Assembly: GCA_050999445.1 (NCBI GenBank)
Contig: JBPCPG010000275.1
Coordinates: forward strand, 1-62,821
DNA from: Nakamurella sp.
Lineage (GTDB): Bacteria > Actinomycetota > Actinomycetes > Mycobacteriales > Nakamurellaceae
Length of the DNA stretch: 62,821 nucleotides
Direction: 5' to 3'
Below, piece by piece: positions 16,823-27,622 of the stretch. The notes beneath the pieces were generated by a model. It had not been told where the DNA came from. It did not search any database and worked only from the letters and a program-made list of their open reading frames with translations. The first letter of the stretch is position 1. The number at the start of each line of letters is the position of its first letter. The position numbers and the translations under genes are program-made.

Positions 16823-17637
16823 CGGGTGGTCCTTTCGATCAGATGCTGAGCGAGTTGCTGGAAGTAGCTGGTGAGTTCGCGGGCCGAATCCTCCCGCAGC
16901 GCGGCGATCGGGAGCTGTGCCCCGTGCGCCCGTTCGACCACGGTGCGCCGGGGGATCATCGGCTGCAGGATCAGCTCACCCAGGTCGCGGCGCAGGTTCT
17001 CCAGGATTTCCCGGTCCGGCCCGTTGCGCAGGTCGAAGTTGGTGGTGATGACGCCAGCTAGGTCGTTGACGTGTCCAAAGCTCGGGCGCATGGCGGCAAG
17101 TTCACGACGAAGGTCGACCAGGCCTCGAAGGCCACCTTCGGCGGCGGAGGTCACGCCGATGACATGGTCGGCGGCGACCATGGCCAAGGTGAAGGCGTCG
17201 GTCCGCCCGTAGCCGCAGTCCAGGAAGGTCGCGACGGTGTCGGGGTCGTTCTCTTCCCCCAGCAGCTCCCGCAGGTTCCAGTACTCGGTGACGGTGGAGA
17301 CCTGCAGTTTGTGACGGGAGTTGGACGGGAGCAGGTCGATGCCAGCCCAGGCGGTCCTGGCGGACTCGTCCAGCCAGGGCAGGTCCTCCAGGCGTAGGAC
17401 GGTGTCGGCGTAGGTCGTCAGGCCGGCCAGCATCGTGGCGACCGTGGCTTTGAGCTCAAGCGGATCTCGTCCGCTCATCACGGCTGTGGCGAAGGCTTGA
17501 TGGTCCATGTCCAGCACGCGCACCCGCGCGGTCGGGTTGGTGCGTCGACTGATCTCGACGGTGGCGACGGCAATGTTGAGCATCGCGGTGCTCTTGCCCA
17601 CTCCTCCTTTCAGGTTGGCCATGGCGATGGTGCTCAT
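16819..17637 (-). CDS. parA: ParA-family partition ATPase (type Ib, no N-terminal HTH)
   Basis: NLKGGVGKST deviant Walker A, LDMDHQ, FLDCG. Confidence 0.9.
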   Translation of the reverse strand: MSTIAMANLKGGVGKSTAMLNIAVATVEISRRTNPTARVRVLDMDHQAFATAVMSGRDPLELKATVATMLAGLTTYADTVLRLEDLPWLDESARTAWAGIDLLPSNSRHKLQVSTVTEYWNLRELLGEENDPDTVATFLDCGYGRTDAFTLAMVAADHVIGVTSAAEGGLRGLVDLRRELAAMRPSFGHVNDLAGVITTNFDLRNGPDREILENLRRDLGELILQPMIPRRTVVERAHGAQLPIAALREDSARELTSYFQQLAQHLIERTTR

Positions 17638-17690
17638 CCGTGCCTCCGGTTCGTCCAGTAGCGGCAGGCCCATCGCCCACCACGTCCGCG

Positions 17691-17763
17691 TACCAGATTA
17701 CCAGTAATGCGGCATCCCGTAAATACGGGCTTGTTACCTGTATTACCGGATACCCAGCAATAC
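17691..17763. promoter_or_regulatory. 8-bp-period repeat array in the divergent parA / transfer-operon promoter region (candidate parS/operator)
   Basis: TACCAGAT TACCAGTA ... ACCTGTAT TACCGGAT ACCCAGCA. Confidence 0.6.
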
Positions 17764-17829
17764 ATGGCCGGGAGAGGCGGGTCAACATGAATCGATCGTG
17801 ATCCGACCTGCCCTCTGAGAGGAGGCAAC

Positions 17830-19248
17830 GTGCCCGACCTCGAACACTTGGCACATACCGAAACAGCACCGCGGGACTTCCGATCAACCCGTGCGCAGCA
17901 GCTGGCGCAAGCGCGACAGCGACATGTGGTGCTGGCCGAGCACTACCCCGACGCTGAGCCGGCGCAACTGGCCGCGGTGACCGACGACCGCTTCTGGGGT
18001 CCGGACGAGCTGTGGCGGCATGCCGCACTGGACACTCAGACAACCCCCGCCGCAGCCACACAACCGAATGGACAGAAAGCCGGCCGACCGAAGCGCCGGC
18101 GGTGGATCCCGCGGAAGAAGAACGGCAACGGCAAGAAGCCAGAGCCCCCGACAGAGTCCGCTTCTTCGGCGCCGCCAGCTGCGGCCGCCAATCCAGCCCA
18201 GGTCGGAAACTTCACGATCTCGCCGCCGGGCCGCAAAAACTCGATCATGGTTGGCCGCATCCGGTCGTGGGTGATCCGGCTGGTCCTGCTGACCACACCC
18301 ATGGTGATGATCGGCGGCCTGGCCTACTCCTGCGGATCCGTCGTGGCCTCATCGTCGGAGTCAGCTTCCCGGCAGAACCTCCTCGCAGCTCAGGCCGATA
18401 CCTGGCACCTGAGCACGTTCCCCGCGCAGCAAGCCGCGGCCTTCGGACAGACCTACCTCAGCTTGTGCCTGACCCACCCCAAGCTCAGTGACGACGCTGC
18501 CCTGGCCGGCCGGCTGCAGGCGTTGGCCGCGATGACCTCGGCCGGGGTGAGCTCGGGCTGCGGATGGGACGGTACCGGCGGCACCCAGACACCACTGTCG
18601 ATCACTTGGACAGGAACGGTCACTCCGGCGGCCGCCCAGTACGCGACAGGGCAGGAGGCCCGTCTCACCTACACCGCGACGCTCACCAACGGGCAGAGCA
18701 CCCAGATCGCGCTGCCAATCTGGGTCACATCGGCATCCGGGTCGACGGGCATGCGCGTCGTCGGCGAGATCACCGTGTTGCCCTACGCCGCCGCCGCGTC
18801 GACCGCACCGACCCCGCAGGCCCCGGACACCACCGACGACAACCTGGCCACTGAGCTCCAACCCACCGTGTTGACACCTTTCCTACAGGCGTGGGCGGCA
18901 TCGGACACGGTGCAACTCAGTCTCACCGTCACTTCTGATGCCTCATCGACCGCGACCAGCGGTATGAGCGGCACCCTCACCTCCCCGTCCATCGACACCG
19001 TGTTGGTCGAGGTCACCAAGGGGTCACCGTCGGCCTACAACGACGGGGACCTGGTCACGGCCCAGACGGTCGTGGAGTGGAAGACCAAATCGGCCGGAGT
19101 GCAGAAATCGGCCTACGACATCTTTCTGCGGCGAGTGGGTGGTCGGTGGCTGGTAGCCGACATCGCCGGCGGACCGGTCGACCAGCAGGGTGGCGCCGCC
19201 GCACAAACCTTCACCACCACCAGCTCCCCCACCACCGCCTCATCCTGA
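17830..19248 (+). CDS. Conjugal transfer protein, TcpC/VirB8-like
   Basis: Single TM then two predicted NTF2-like domains (AAAFGQTYL; FLQAWA; YDIFLRRVGGRWLV); first gene of the transfer operon. Confidence 0.7.
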   Translation: MPDLEHLAHTETAPRDFRSTRAQQLAQARQRHVVLAEHYPDAEPAQLAAVTDDRFWGPDELWRHAALDTQTTPAAATQPNGQKAGRPKRRRWIPRKKNGNGKKPEPPTESASSAPPAAAANPAQVGNFTISPPGRKNSIMVGRIRSWVIRLVLLTTPMVMIGGLAYSCGSVVASSSESASRQNLLAAQADTWHLSTFPAQQAAAFGQTYLSLCLTHPKLSDDAALAGRLQALAAMTSAGVSSGCGWDGTGGTQTPLSITWTGTVTPAAAQYATGQEARLTYTATLTNGQSTQIALPIWVTSASGSTGMRVVGEITVLPYAAAASTAPTPQAPDTTDDNLATELQPTVLTPFLQAWAASDTVQLSLTVTSDASSTATSGMSGTLTSPSIDTVLVEVTKGSPSAYNDGDLVTAQTVVEWKTKSAGVQKSAYDIFLRRVGGRWLVADIAGGPVDQQGGAAAQTFTTTSSPTTASS

Positions 19249-19262
19249 AAGGACGTTTCATC

Positions 19263-19586
19263 ATGAACATTCCGCATCTCATCTCCCAGGGCAGCCACCG
19301 CGGCGTCACCTACCTCGCGGGTCCCATGGAGCAAGTCACCGCATACGTCAAGCCCTGGACAACCGGGATGATCGTCCTGGGCGCGGTGATCCTCGGCGGC
19401 TGCTTGGCGTGGGCCGCTGTGTCGATGGGCGCCCGCGCGGCCGCCGCCAAGAAGGGCGACAACACGCACATGCGTGAGGGCATCGGAAAAATCGTCGCGA
19501 TCCTGGTTGCCGGGTTCTTCCTCGGCATGTCTCTCATCGTGATCGCCCTGGCCATCAAGCTCGGCCAAAGCGCACCAAAGGCCTGA
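19263..19586 (+). CDS. Small two-TM protein, VirB2/pilin-like T4SS subunit
   Basis: Two hydrophobic helices with a basic loop; position in operon. Confidence 0.55.
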   Translation: MNIPHLISQGSHRGVTYLAGPMEQVTAYVKPWTTGMIVLGAVILGGCLAWAAVSMGARAAAAKKGDNTHMREGIGKIVAILVAGFFLGMSLIVIALAIKLGQSAPKA

Positions 19587-19593
19587 CTACCGC

Positions 19594-20004
19594 ATGTCCT
19601 CTCAGCTCGAGGAAACGATCTTTTCCGACGACTTCACCAGGCTCGCCCAGTTTCAGAGCCGGTCGTGGACGTTCGGTGACATCAGCCTGGCCCCGATCGG
19701 CGGCGTGCAGTGGGATGCCGCCGTCCCGGCGATCATCAGCGGCCTCAAGTACGCCGGCCCGGGGGCCGTGGCACTACTGGTCTGCGGTATCACTCCGCTG
19801 CTGGCTGTGCTGATCTTTCCGATCCCAGCGGCAATCACCTATCGCCGCAGAGCCAAAGAACGAACCGGCGGGCTCTCCGAAGCAGAAAAAACCGCTCTGA
19901 AGAAATTGGACAAAAAGCAGCCCGAGGAGTTCCTGGGGCTGGCCGGCGATACCGAACCAACGATGGTCGTGTGGGACGTCATCGTCTACATGACCGAGCA
20001 GTGA
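19594..20004 (+). CDS. TcpE/VirB3-like membrane protein
   Basis: Two TM helices, directly upstream of the VirB4-like ATPase. Confidence 0.55.
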   Translation: MSSQLEETIFSDDFTRLAQFQSRSWTFGDISLAPIGGVQWDAAVPAIISGLKYAGPGAVALLVCGITPLLAVLIFPIPAAITYRRRAKERTGGLSEAEKTALKKLDKKQPEEFLGLAGDTEPTMVVWDVIVYMTEQ

Positions 20005-20016
20005 GGAAGCCCTGAC

Positions 20017-23000
20017 ATGGTCCTGATCATTGTTCTGCTCGTCGTATTCGCCGGAATGGGCGGTGGGGCGTACGCCATCTACAAGTACGTGGAGAAGCGC
20101 GCAAGTAACCAAATCGACGGCACCCCGACTGTTTTCAAATCGGTGACAGCTTTGAAGCCTGATCGCCGTAAAGACGCCCGGCGCCTGGGTTACAGATGGG
20201 CCGACGACTACATTTTCGTCCACGGCTCGGGGGTGTACTGCGGAATCGAGCTGGCAACCAAACCGGGGGAGTACGCCACCAGGGAAGAAATCGACGACAT
20301 CGCCATGGGGCAGGTGGGTCTTCTCAAGTCGGTGCTGTCCATGTTCGACGGCAAGAACGTTCACTGCCAAGAGCTGGTCCGCTACCGGGAGGTGACTACC
20401 GAGGGTTGGCTGCGGCAACTGGTCGGCAACGCCTGGAACCCGACCCGCAAGTACCAGGTCCTGGCCGCCGCCCAGGGCAGACACATCGCCGGATCAGCGC
20501 CCCAGCGGATGTGGATGCTGATCGTCCGGCTCGGTGACCTCCCGCTGCAGACCGCCTCGACAGACCCGCTGTCGCAACTGGAGTCTGCCGTCACCGGGGT
20601 CACCGAGGAACGGCTGACCGCCGGGAAGCTCGCCCCTTGGCGGGAGCAGGCCTCTGAAGTGCACCGGACCGCGAAGCGGTTCGGTGCCGAGCCCATGACC
20701 CAGCGGGATCTGCTGTGGCTCATCCGCAAGACGGCCGCCGGACACCTCCCGGTCACCGATGAGCCGGTGTTGGCCCAGCGGCCCTGGCGCGGCGGAACCT
20801 TCGAGCTGCTGGCCCGCCTGCGCGCCCGGAACCTGGGGGGCGGTTACGTGGAGCTCAGCCAGCGCAACCCCGAGACCGGCCAGGACCAGGTCTCCTACAC
20901 CGCCACTTTGGTGCTGGCCGATCAGCCGCCGCGGCAGGTGTTCAGCGCCCGGTCAGCATGGATGCCGCGGTTGTCCAGGTTGCCCGTGGAGATCAACTGG
21001 CGATACACCCTGATCCCCGGCAAGGAGTGGAAAAAATTCGGCGCCAAGCTCGCCGCCAACGTGGCCGACGAGGAAACCGACCGCGAAAAGGCCAACGCCA
21101 CCGCGGATCTGGCTTTCGAGGCGCGTCTGGACCAGGCCGCCACCCTGGTCGTGGACAACGCCGAAGACCCCGACCCCGGAATGCAGGGAAGGCTCCGATT
21201 CATCGTCTCGGCTCCCAGCCGAAACGCGCTGGCCCAGGTCATCCGAGACGTCAGGCTGGCCATGGGCGACATCCAGATCGAGCTCAGTGAGTACGCCGCC
21301 CTGGACCTGCTCGCCGAGCAGCTGCCGGGGGAGAACATCGCTGACATCGGCGGCCTGTCGGCCGGCCCGGCCGGCGGGCTGAAGTTGTGGACCCGGTACA
21401 CCGACACCTACGCCGCCGCACTCGGACTGCTGGGCACCTACGACCAGGTCGGCGACCGGGTGCAGATCGACCGCGGCCGCGAACTCGGTTGGATCGGCAT
21501 CGCCGTCGGATACGTCAAATCCTCGGGCACAGTGTTCCACTTCGACCCGCACGCCCAGATCGACCGACTCAACGGAGCTGGGGTAGCCATCGTCGGCGCC
21601 TCCGGCGGCGGGAAATCCTCATTCGCCCTCACCATGTTCTTCTGGATGTCCGAGTCCGGTGTCCACTGCTACGCACTGGATCCCAAGATCGAGTTCCGTA
21701 ACTTCACCTACTACCTTTGCTTCGGCGCGCAGGTGCTGCACCCCGATTTTCTGCAGGAAGCCGACGAAGGCCTGCTCGGCACACCGCACAGCCAGTTCCA
21801 GCCAATCGACCAAGAATTCTGGGACAACTCGGAAATCATCGATCTGGCCCGCGGCGCCCGCGGCATCCGCGACCCGTGGCTTGTCACGAAGACATTCAAC
21901 GAGGGCTACAACCTGGCATTGACGATCGTCGACATGCTGTTCAGCGAGCCGGCCCACAAGCAAATCGTGAAAAAGGCTCTACGCCGACTCCACGACGCAC
22001 ACAAAGCAGCGACGGCAGCCGGGGAAGACATGACCGTCGGTTTCGGTGACGTCGTCACCTACGTCGAACAAGAACTGGCGGTCATCGCCGAAGATCTCGA
22101 GAAGGTCCGCCGCAAGGGCAGCGACTCCACCAGCGCCCTTCGCGCAGAGAAAGACACATTGGAAGAAGTGATCACCCGACTGCGCAACGGCGAAGACCAG
22201 ACGTTCCTGCGTCTACTGCTGGGCCGCGGCTCCGACGAGCGGGCCAGTACCACCGGCCGGTCAACCAAGCGCCGGACCATCTACACAATGGCCGGCTTCA
22301 CCACCCCGGACAGTCCCGACCGCCCCGAAACCTGGACCGATGAGGACCGCAACGCAGCAGCCCTGATGACGGTCATGGTGTATGACCTGCGCGGAAACCT
22401 CGACGGGAGGATGGTCCCCCGTCCGGGACACCCCGGCGAAGTTGGAATCGCGCCCACAGCGGTGTTCGTCGACGAAGGCAACATGCTCACGGCGATGAAA
22501 CCGAGCCGAACCCTGATGGTCCGTATCTCCCGGCAGGGCCGAAGCCTGGCCTGCGTGCTGTTCTTCATCTGCCAACAGGCCCGGGACCCCAAAGCCATCG
22601 AGGAGCAGGCAGCCAAGGAGGGGGCGACAGAGACCAATCAGTTTCCATCCATAGCCGCGTTCAAGCAACGCAGCCCCGGTGAGGCCGCCGAGGCCCTGCA
22701 GCTGCTCCGCCCGATCGCCGAGGAAGTGCCGCTCATCGAGCGGCGGGAAATGGCCCGACGACTGCTCGGAGAAGATGCCGGCGGCAACCTGCGGCCAGGG
22801 CAGTGCGTCTTCCGCGACCCCGACGAGCGGGTGGTCACCACGGTCATCGACCAGATGTTCTGGCCGCTGCTGCACGCCTCGGAAACCAACCCGAAAAGGC
22901 AGCCGGCGGCCTGGGCGAACGAGCTGCCCACCCGCCCCGAGGACTGGCTGATCAATCCGGCCGCGCTCAACGAGCTGCGCGGATCGGTGAGCGACGACGA

Positions 23001-23151
23001 GCAAGACCACTACGCCGACCGTGACGACGACTTCGACGAGTGGGCGGCCGCGTTCGCAGACACCGACCACCCGGACTCGGACCTGGGTGAGGACACCAAC
23101 GCAGACGAGTACCTGCCCGACGACGACACCCGACAGAAGGTGCTGATGTGA
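20017..23151 (+). CDS. VirB4/TcpF-like conjugative ATPase
   Basis: GASGGGKS, LDPK, VFVDEG, RQGRS and GQCVFRD motifs; 1044 aa. Confidence 0.85.
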   Translation: MVLIIVLLVVFAGMGGGAYAIYKYVEKRASNQIDGTPTVFKSVTALKPDRRKDARRLGYRWADDYIFVHGSGVYCGIELATKPGEYATREEIDDIAMGQVGLLKSVLSMFDGKNVHCQELVRYREVTTEGWLRQLVGNAWNPTRKYQVLAAAQGRHIAGSAPQRMWMLIVRLGDLPLQTASTDPLSQLESAVTGVTEERLTAGKLAPWREQASEVHRTAKRFGAEPMTQRDLLWLIRKTAAGHLPVTDEPVLAQRPWRGGTFELLARLRARNLGGGYVELSQRNPETGQDQVSYTATLVLADQPPRQVFSARSAWMPRLSRLPVEINWRYTLIPGKEWKKFGAKLAANVADEETDREKANATADLAFEARLDQAATLVVDNAEDPDPGMQGRLRFIVSAPSRNALAQVIRDVRLAMGDIQIELSEYAALDLLAEQLPGENIADIGGLSAGPAGGLKLWTRYTDTYAAALGLLGTYDQVGDRVQIDRGRELGWIGIAVGYVKSSGTVFHFDPHAQIDRLNGAGVAIVGASGGGKSSFALTMFFWMSESGVHCYALDPKIEFRNFTYYLCFGAQVLHPDFLQEADEGLLGTPHSQFQPIDQEFWDNSEIIDLARGARGIRDPWLVTKTFNEGYNLALTIVDMLFSEPAHKQIVKKALRRLHDAHKAATAAGEDMTVGFGDVVTYVEQELAVIAEDLEKVRRKGSDSTSALRAEKDTLEEVITRLRNGEDQTFLRLLLGRGSDERASTTGRSTKRRTIYTMAGFTTPDSPDRPETWTDEDRNAAALMTVMVYDLRGNLDGRMVPRPGHPGEVGIAPTAVFVDEGNMLTAMKPSRTLMVRISRQGRSLACVLFFICQQARDPKAIEEQAAKEGATETNQFPSIAAFKQRSPGEAAEALQLLRPIAEEVPLIERREMARRLLGEDAGGNLRPGQCVFRDPDERVVTTVIDQMFWPLLHASETNPKRQPAAWANELPTRPEDWLINPAALNELRGSVSDDEQDHYADRDDDFDEWAAAFADTDHPDSDLGEDTNADEYLPDDDTRQKVLM

Positions 23152-26100
23152 GCACCGCCATCACCACCACCGAGCCGGGCGCCGGGTACGGCGCCGAGTT
23201 CACCTGGGGAGTCACCTTGGCCCCGGGCCGATCGGACACCCACCGGTGGATGCTCGCCGTTTCCGGTCGCCAGGCGGTGAACCTGTTGGCCTCGCTCACC
23301 GTCGCCCTGGCGGCACTTCTGGGCACCGCCGGTATCGGGCTGAGCGCCACCAGCCCGGCCCGGGCCGACATCTTCGGGATCAGCGATGCGGTTCAGGACT
23401 GGCTGTGCGGCGTGGTGGCTCCGGACGAACCGTGGGAGGCGGTAGGTAATGGCCCGGAAGGGTGGTTGCCCAACCACAACCTGGCTCAGGTGTCCGAAGC
23501 GCCCGTCGCCAAAGTCACCGGCAAGGCAGCGGTCGTCACCACAACGCCCGGTCGACCAGGTGTGCCGGACACCGTGGATGAACTCCAAGCGCTACCCAAG
23601 GGCCAGTACACGCTTTACGAAGTCGCCGGTCTGCGGGGTCTGTCCTGGTGGACCATTCCGCAGAATGTGGACAAGTCCCGTCACTGCTCATTGTGGAACT
23701 ACATCTGGACCCAGGGCGCAAACCTGCTGTTCACAGTCGATAAGAACCTGCTGCAGGTCGTCATCACTCTCAAGGAAGAGGCCGCGAAGCCGCAGCCGCT
23801 CAAATTCCTGTACGACGCCAGCGGCGGAGTGATGAGCAACATCTTCGTCTTTTGCTTCATCCCGGTGGCGATGCTGTCGCTGCTCGCATCCGCCATCTGG
23901 TTGGGGGTGAAGTCGGCGCGTGGTAAAGCCAATGTCCGAGGAACGTTCAGCATCATGGCCACCGGGTTCGCCATCGTCACACTCATGGCTTTTTTCTACA
24001 CCTTGGGTTCTGGCGGAAAAGCAGGCTTCCGGCAGGCCGCAGGGGCCGTCGACTCGACCATCTCATTTTTGAACGCGACCGGTACGAGCGCAATCTTCGA
24101 CGGCCTCACCGGTAACCAAGGCACCTGTGTATTGGACAAAAACTCCGACCCCGTGCAGCGAGGCCAACGGTTGACCTCCTGCGTACTGGCTGACTCCCTG
24201 GCGTACCGCCCATGGGCGGTCGGTCAGTTCGGAAGCGCCGGCGCCAACCCGATCCCGATTCCGTCCGGCTGGTCCGCGGCCATGCCCGCAGCGGACGGCA
24301 AAATCGACGTCAAGGCAGTTATCGCAGGTCACAAGTTCCCATGTTGGGTGAACTACAACTCGTGCAGCGACCTGCGTACGTATCTGATCGCGCAACACGG
24401 TGGCGTCCAACTCAACGGTGCGCCCTCCGGGGAGCAAGGTGATCTGATCTGCACGGTCGACGGTATTAGGGTCGGCATAGCGACCGCATCATCACCGGAT
24501 GATTTGAAGAACGCGCTTTCGGCGACCGCCAACTGCAGCCCGATGTACGACGTGTTCAACGCTCTGGCCGACAGTGATCCCACCACCGCCGCGATCTACG
24601 CCGGACAAGGCAGTGTTTCCCGCGTTTCCCAGGCCTTCACGGCGCTGCTGGCCGTCATTCTCGTCTGTATTGCGGTGCTCGTCACATCGGTGATCAGCAT
24701 GGGTTGGGAAGCGATGACGTTCGCGTACTTCCTGATCGGCCCAGTGAAGAACGGGTTCGCGTTGTACGCCGGCAAGATGAAGATGACCAAGGACTGGCTC
24801 GAAGATCTCGGATATTCCTACGTGCTCCGCCTTGCCTACGGTTTCGTCCTGGCAATCATGATCGTCCTCATCGTGTGGATGATGAATTCCACCCAAAACT
24901 TCGGGATGCGGCTGTTCTGGCTGGCGATCATTCTCATGGGTTTTTGGAAAATCATCCAGAAAGTGCAGAGCAAACTCCGGCCGGGGGTGTCCTCCATGGC
25001 CCCGGACATCGCACAAAAGGTCACCGATCAGGCCGAGAAGGTAGGCCGCTTCAGCAGCCGGCACGCCGTGCACGCCGTTCCCGGTGGCGTCGGATCCATC
25101 AAGGCCACCCGCGAGCGCCGCCGGTCCCTGGCCGCCGACCCCACCCGGGGGTCTGCCCGCCGCAAGATCAGCACCCTCACCGCACCGCTGAGCTACGCCG
25201 GCAGCGGACTACGGGGTGCGGTGACCGGATCATCCTCGGCCGCCGAGGCCCGTAACGCCAAGGTCCTCCGGCGTGGCCCTGGCAGCGGCGGCCCCCCAGG
25301 CAAGCCGACGGGGACCAACAACAACTCCCGTACACGCAAGGCCGGATCAGCGAGCCCCGTGGTCGTGAACGCCAAGGATGCGCCGTCCTCGACCCGGGTC
25401 GCGGTGCCCCGCCCCCCCATCCCATCGCCGGATCCAGCCGGGGCACCGGCTGGGCACGGCGGGGCCGTCCCGCGCGCCGACGGGGTAACCCCGACCGACA
25501 CTCCATCGGCCGAACCTGCCTCCGTAGGAGCGTCCGCCCCGCCGATCGAGAACACCGCCGACTCGCAAAATCTATCCACGGACACCGCATCCGGCGATAC
25601 GCCGAACGACGCGGCGGACGACGCGGCGGACGGCCCCCGGGCTCGGGTGATCCGGCCCGTCGTGACGTCCAGGGCTGGGCGGCCGCGCCTGCCGGCAGGA
25701 GGGCCAGGGCTGCAGCGCCCCCGAATGCGGACCGGGGGACCACCCCTGGGATTGGCCACCCCGGCTCACAAACCACCGGCACTCTCCTCGCCGGGGGTCG
25801 GTCAGACCGATGCTCCGCCGATCACGAAGGGACCCAACCGCCCGCCGCAGACGAAGGATGCGCGACCGACGAACAGTCCGGCGACACCAACCACGGACCC
25901 GCCGACCCGCCGCCGCCCGGCCGCGCCGAACACGCCCGCTCCGCCCGTGCGAGTGGACGCCGTGAGCGAACCGCAGTCCTCGCCGCCCGCTACGGAGCCT
26001 CCCTCGGCTGCGCCGGTACCTGATCGGCCCCCGACCTCGAAAAGTCGACCGAGCAAGGGCAACTCGGACACCGGTGCGCTCAGTCGCCGAGTCAAGGCGC

Positions 26101-26162
26101 AGCCCGGCAAGGGCGATGCAACCCCGCGTCCGACCACGATCTCAAGGAGCAGCCCGCAATGA
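23148..26162 (+). CDS. VirB6/TcpH-like polytopic membrane protein with Pro-rich tail
   Basis: Multiple TM segments, PWAVGQFG motif, long disordered C-terminus. Confidence 0.7.
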   Translation: MSTAITTTEPGAGYGAEFTWGVTLAPGRSDTHRWMLAVSGRQAVNLLASLTVALAALLGTAGIGLSATSPARADIFGISDAVQDWLCGVVAPDEPWEAVGNGPEGWLPNHNLAQVSEAPVAKVTGKAAVVTTTPGRPGVPDTVDELQALPKGQYTLYEVAGLRGLSWWTIPQNVDKSRHCSLWNYIWTQGANLLFTVDKNLLQVVITLKEEAAKPQPLKFLYDASGGVMSNIFVFCFIPVAMLSLLASAIWLGVKSARGKANVRGTFSIMATGFAIVTLMAFFYTLGSGGKAGFRQAAGAVDSTISFLNATGTSAIFDGLTGNQGTCVLDKNSDPVQRGQRLTSCVLADSLAYRPWAVGQFGSAGANPIPIPSGWSAAMPAADGKIDVKAVIAGHKFPCWVNYNSCSDLRTYLIAQHGGVQLNGAPSGEQGDLICTVDGIRVGIATASSPDDLKNALSATANCSPMYDVFNALADSDPTTAAIYAGQGSVSRVSQAFTALLAVILVCIAVLVTSVISMGWEAMTFAYFLIGPVKNGFALYAGKMKMTKDWLEDLGYSYVLRLAYGFVLAIMIVLIVWMMNSTQNFGMRLFWLAIILMGFWKIIQKVQSKLRPGVSSMAPDIAQKVTDQAEKVGRFSSRHAVHAVPGGVGSIKATRERRRSLAADPTRGSARRKISTLTAPLSYAGSGLRGAVTGSSSAAEARNAKVLRRGPGSGGPPGKPTGTNNNSRTRKAGSASPVVVNAKDAPSSTRVAVPRPPIPSPDPAGAPAGHGGAVPRADGVTPTDTPSAEPASVGASAPPIENTADSQNLSTDTASGDTPNDAADDAADGPRARVIRPVVTSRAGRPRLPAGGPGLQRPRMRTGGPPLGLATPAHKPPALSSPGVGQTDAPPITKGPNRPPQTKDARPTNSPATPTTDPPTRRRPAAPNTPAPPVRVDAVSEPQSSPPATEPPSAAPVPDRPPTSKSRPSKGNSDTGALSRRVKAQPGKGDATPRPTTISRSSPQ

Positions 26163-27127
26163 AGAAGAACATGAAGATCCGTCGCCGGGCACTGGCGGGC
26201 GCCACCGCACCGAATGCTGGGCCGATGTGGAAATGGACAGGAAGGGCCGTCGGCGCCGCCATCCTCCTGAGCTGGCTATGGGTCGCCCTGCAGTCCGAAC
26301 TGTGGTTCCTGCTCGCCTTCTCGGCGGTACTGGCCGCCACGGGGTGGGCGTTGCGCTTTCGCCGGGACATCCTCCTGAGCGTGCTGGCCACGCTGGTCGC
26401 CGCCGCCGTGCCGGTGCTCCTCGTGATCCATGCAATAGGCGGCCACCTGGCCAACGCGGACGCAGTGGCCGCTGTCCTGACCGGGCACATCATCGCCGCG
26501 CCCATTCCGACGATGATCGCGTGGACACTGCGTCCCACCTTGATCTCCCGCGCCGTGAACTCGGTGATCGGATCCGGGATCCTGCTGCTGGCAGTGACCC
26601 CGGTCGCTGCGTTCGGCGACCACGGCTTCGGATCCGCAGTGCTGATCCTGGCCTTGGTCACCGCTTGCTTTGTCGTAGTCCGTCGCCACCGCCGCGCCTG
26701 GCAGCAGCTGACCACCACCCTGCCCAACACCGCCGGTTGGACAGATCTGGGAACACGATCGATCCCCAGCGGCTCGCCGAATCTGTTCGTCGGCCGCGGC
26801 CGCGCGATGACCGCCCTGACCACCGCAGCGGAAGTGATTCCGCAGCGGGTGCTGCACCGTGCGGTGCACCAATCCATCGACGCAGCCGCCGCGGTCGGCA
26901 TACCCGCCCGGCACGTCCAACCGGTGGTGATCGCTCTGCACGAGGATGCCCAACTGGGTTCCCACCAGGTCAGCACCTCGCGCGGCCGGTCCACCGTGCT
27001 GGTCGCATCCCCGGACCAAATCCCCGCGATCCAGCACATGGCGCCGTGCCGCCGCTTCGGCGCGCACCGCCGCGCCCTGTACGCAGCCGCGATGTTGCCG
27101 TCCGGCAAGAACGACGGTCCGCGATGA
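26159..27127 (+). CDS. Membrane protein
   Basis: Several TM helices, translationally coupled. Confidence 0.65.
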   Translation: MKKNMKIRRRALAGATAPNAGPMWKWTGRAVGAAILLSWLWVALQSELWFLLAFSAVLAATGWALRFRRDILLSVLATLVAAAVPVLLVIHAIGGHLANADAVAAVLTGHIIAAPIPTMIAWTLRPTLISRAVNSVIGSGILLLAVTPVAAFGDHGFGSAVLILALVTACFVVVRRHRRAWQQLTTTLPNTAGWTDLGTRSIPSGSPNLFVGRGRAMTALTTAAEVIPQRVLHRAVHQSIDAAAAVGIPARHVQPVVIALHEDAQLGSHQVSTSRGRSTVLVASPDQIPAIQHMAPCRRFGAHRRALYAAAMLPSGKNDGPR

Positions 27128-27621
27128 GCACCCCCGAACAGACCACCGAGATGCCCGAGACGATCGAGATGAACGGGGCCGAATACGAGGCGCACACCAT
27201 CGGGGTAGCCGATGACGACATCGACCCGCTGCAGGCAGTGCTCATCTCCACCGCTACCGACGACCACGGTCTGCCGGTCTCGGTGTACCTGGCGCTGAGC
27301 CCGCAGGTCATCGTGAACCTGTCCGCCGAGCTGCACCAGGTCTTGCGGGCCCAACGGATGGCCCTGGGCTTCGACCCGGATGCGCTGGGCGGAAAGCTGA
27401 CCCCGACCACCGAGACTGACCAGGACGAGACCGACGAGGACAAGGACGAGGAGGAGGACGACGCTCCCCGGGACGCCCTCCTCAGGCGCGCCGGTGACCC
27501 GGCAGGGCTCCGCTACCTACGCGACCGGGCCCAACAGAACCCGCGGGTGAACCTCTACATCGCCGCGGCGGTGGTAGCTCTACTGGTGCTGTTCTTGACC
27601 CTCAAGCTCATCGGCCGCTGA
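27124..27621 (+). CDS. Hypothetical protein with C-terminal TM anchor
   Basis: ATG overlaps the upstream stop; acidic tract and terminal TM. Confidence 0.65.
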   Translation: MSTPEQTTEMPETIEMNGAEYEAHTIGVADDDIDPLQAVLISTATDDHGLPVSVYLALSPQVIVNLSAELHQVLRAQRMALGFDPDALGGKLTPTTETDQDETDEDKDEEEDDAPRDALLRRAGDPAGLRYLRDRAQQNPRVNLYIAAAVVALLVLFLTLKLIGR

Positions 27622-27622
27622 C

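Noticed and set aside
26074-27123. N-terminal part of the 515-aa ORF
   Set aside because: Arg/Pro-rich off-frame read-through; the real gene starts at 27124
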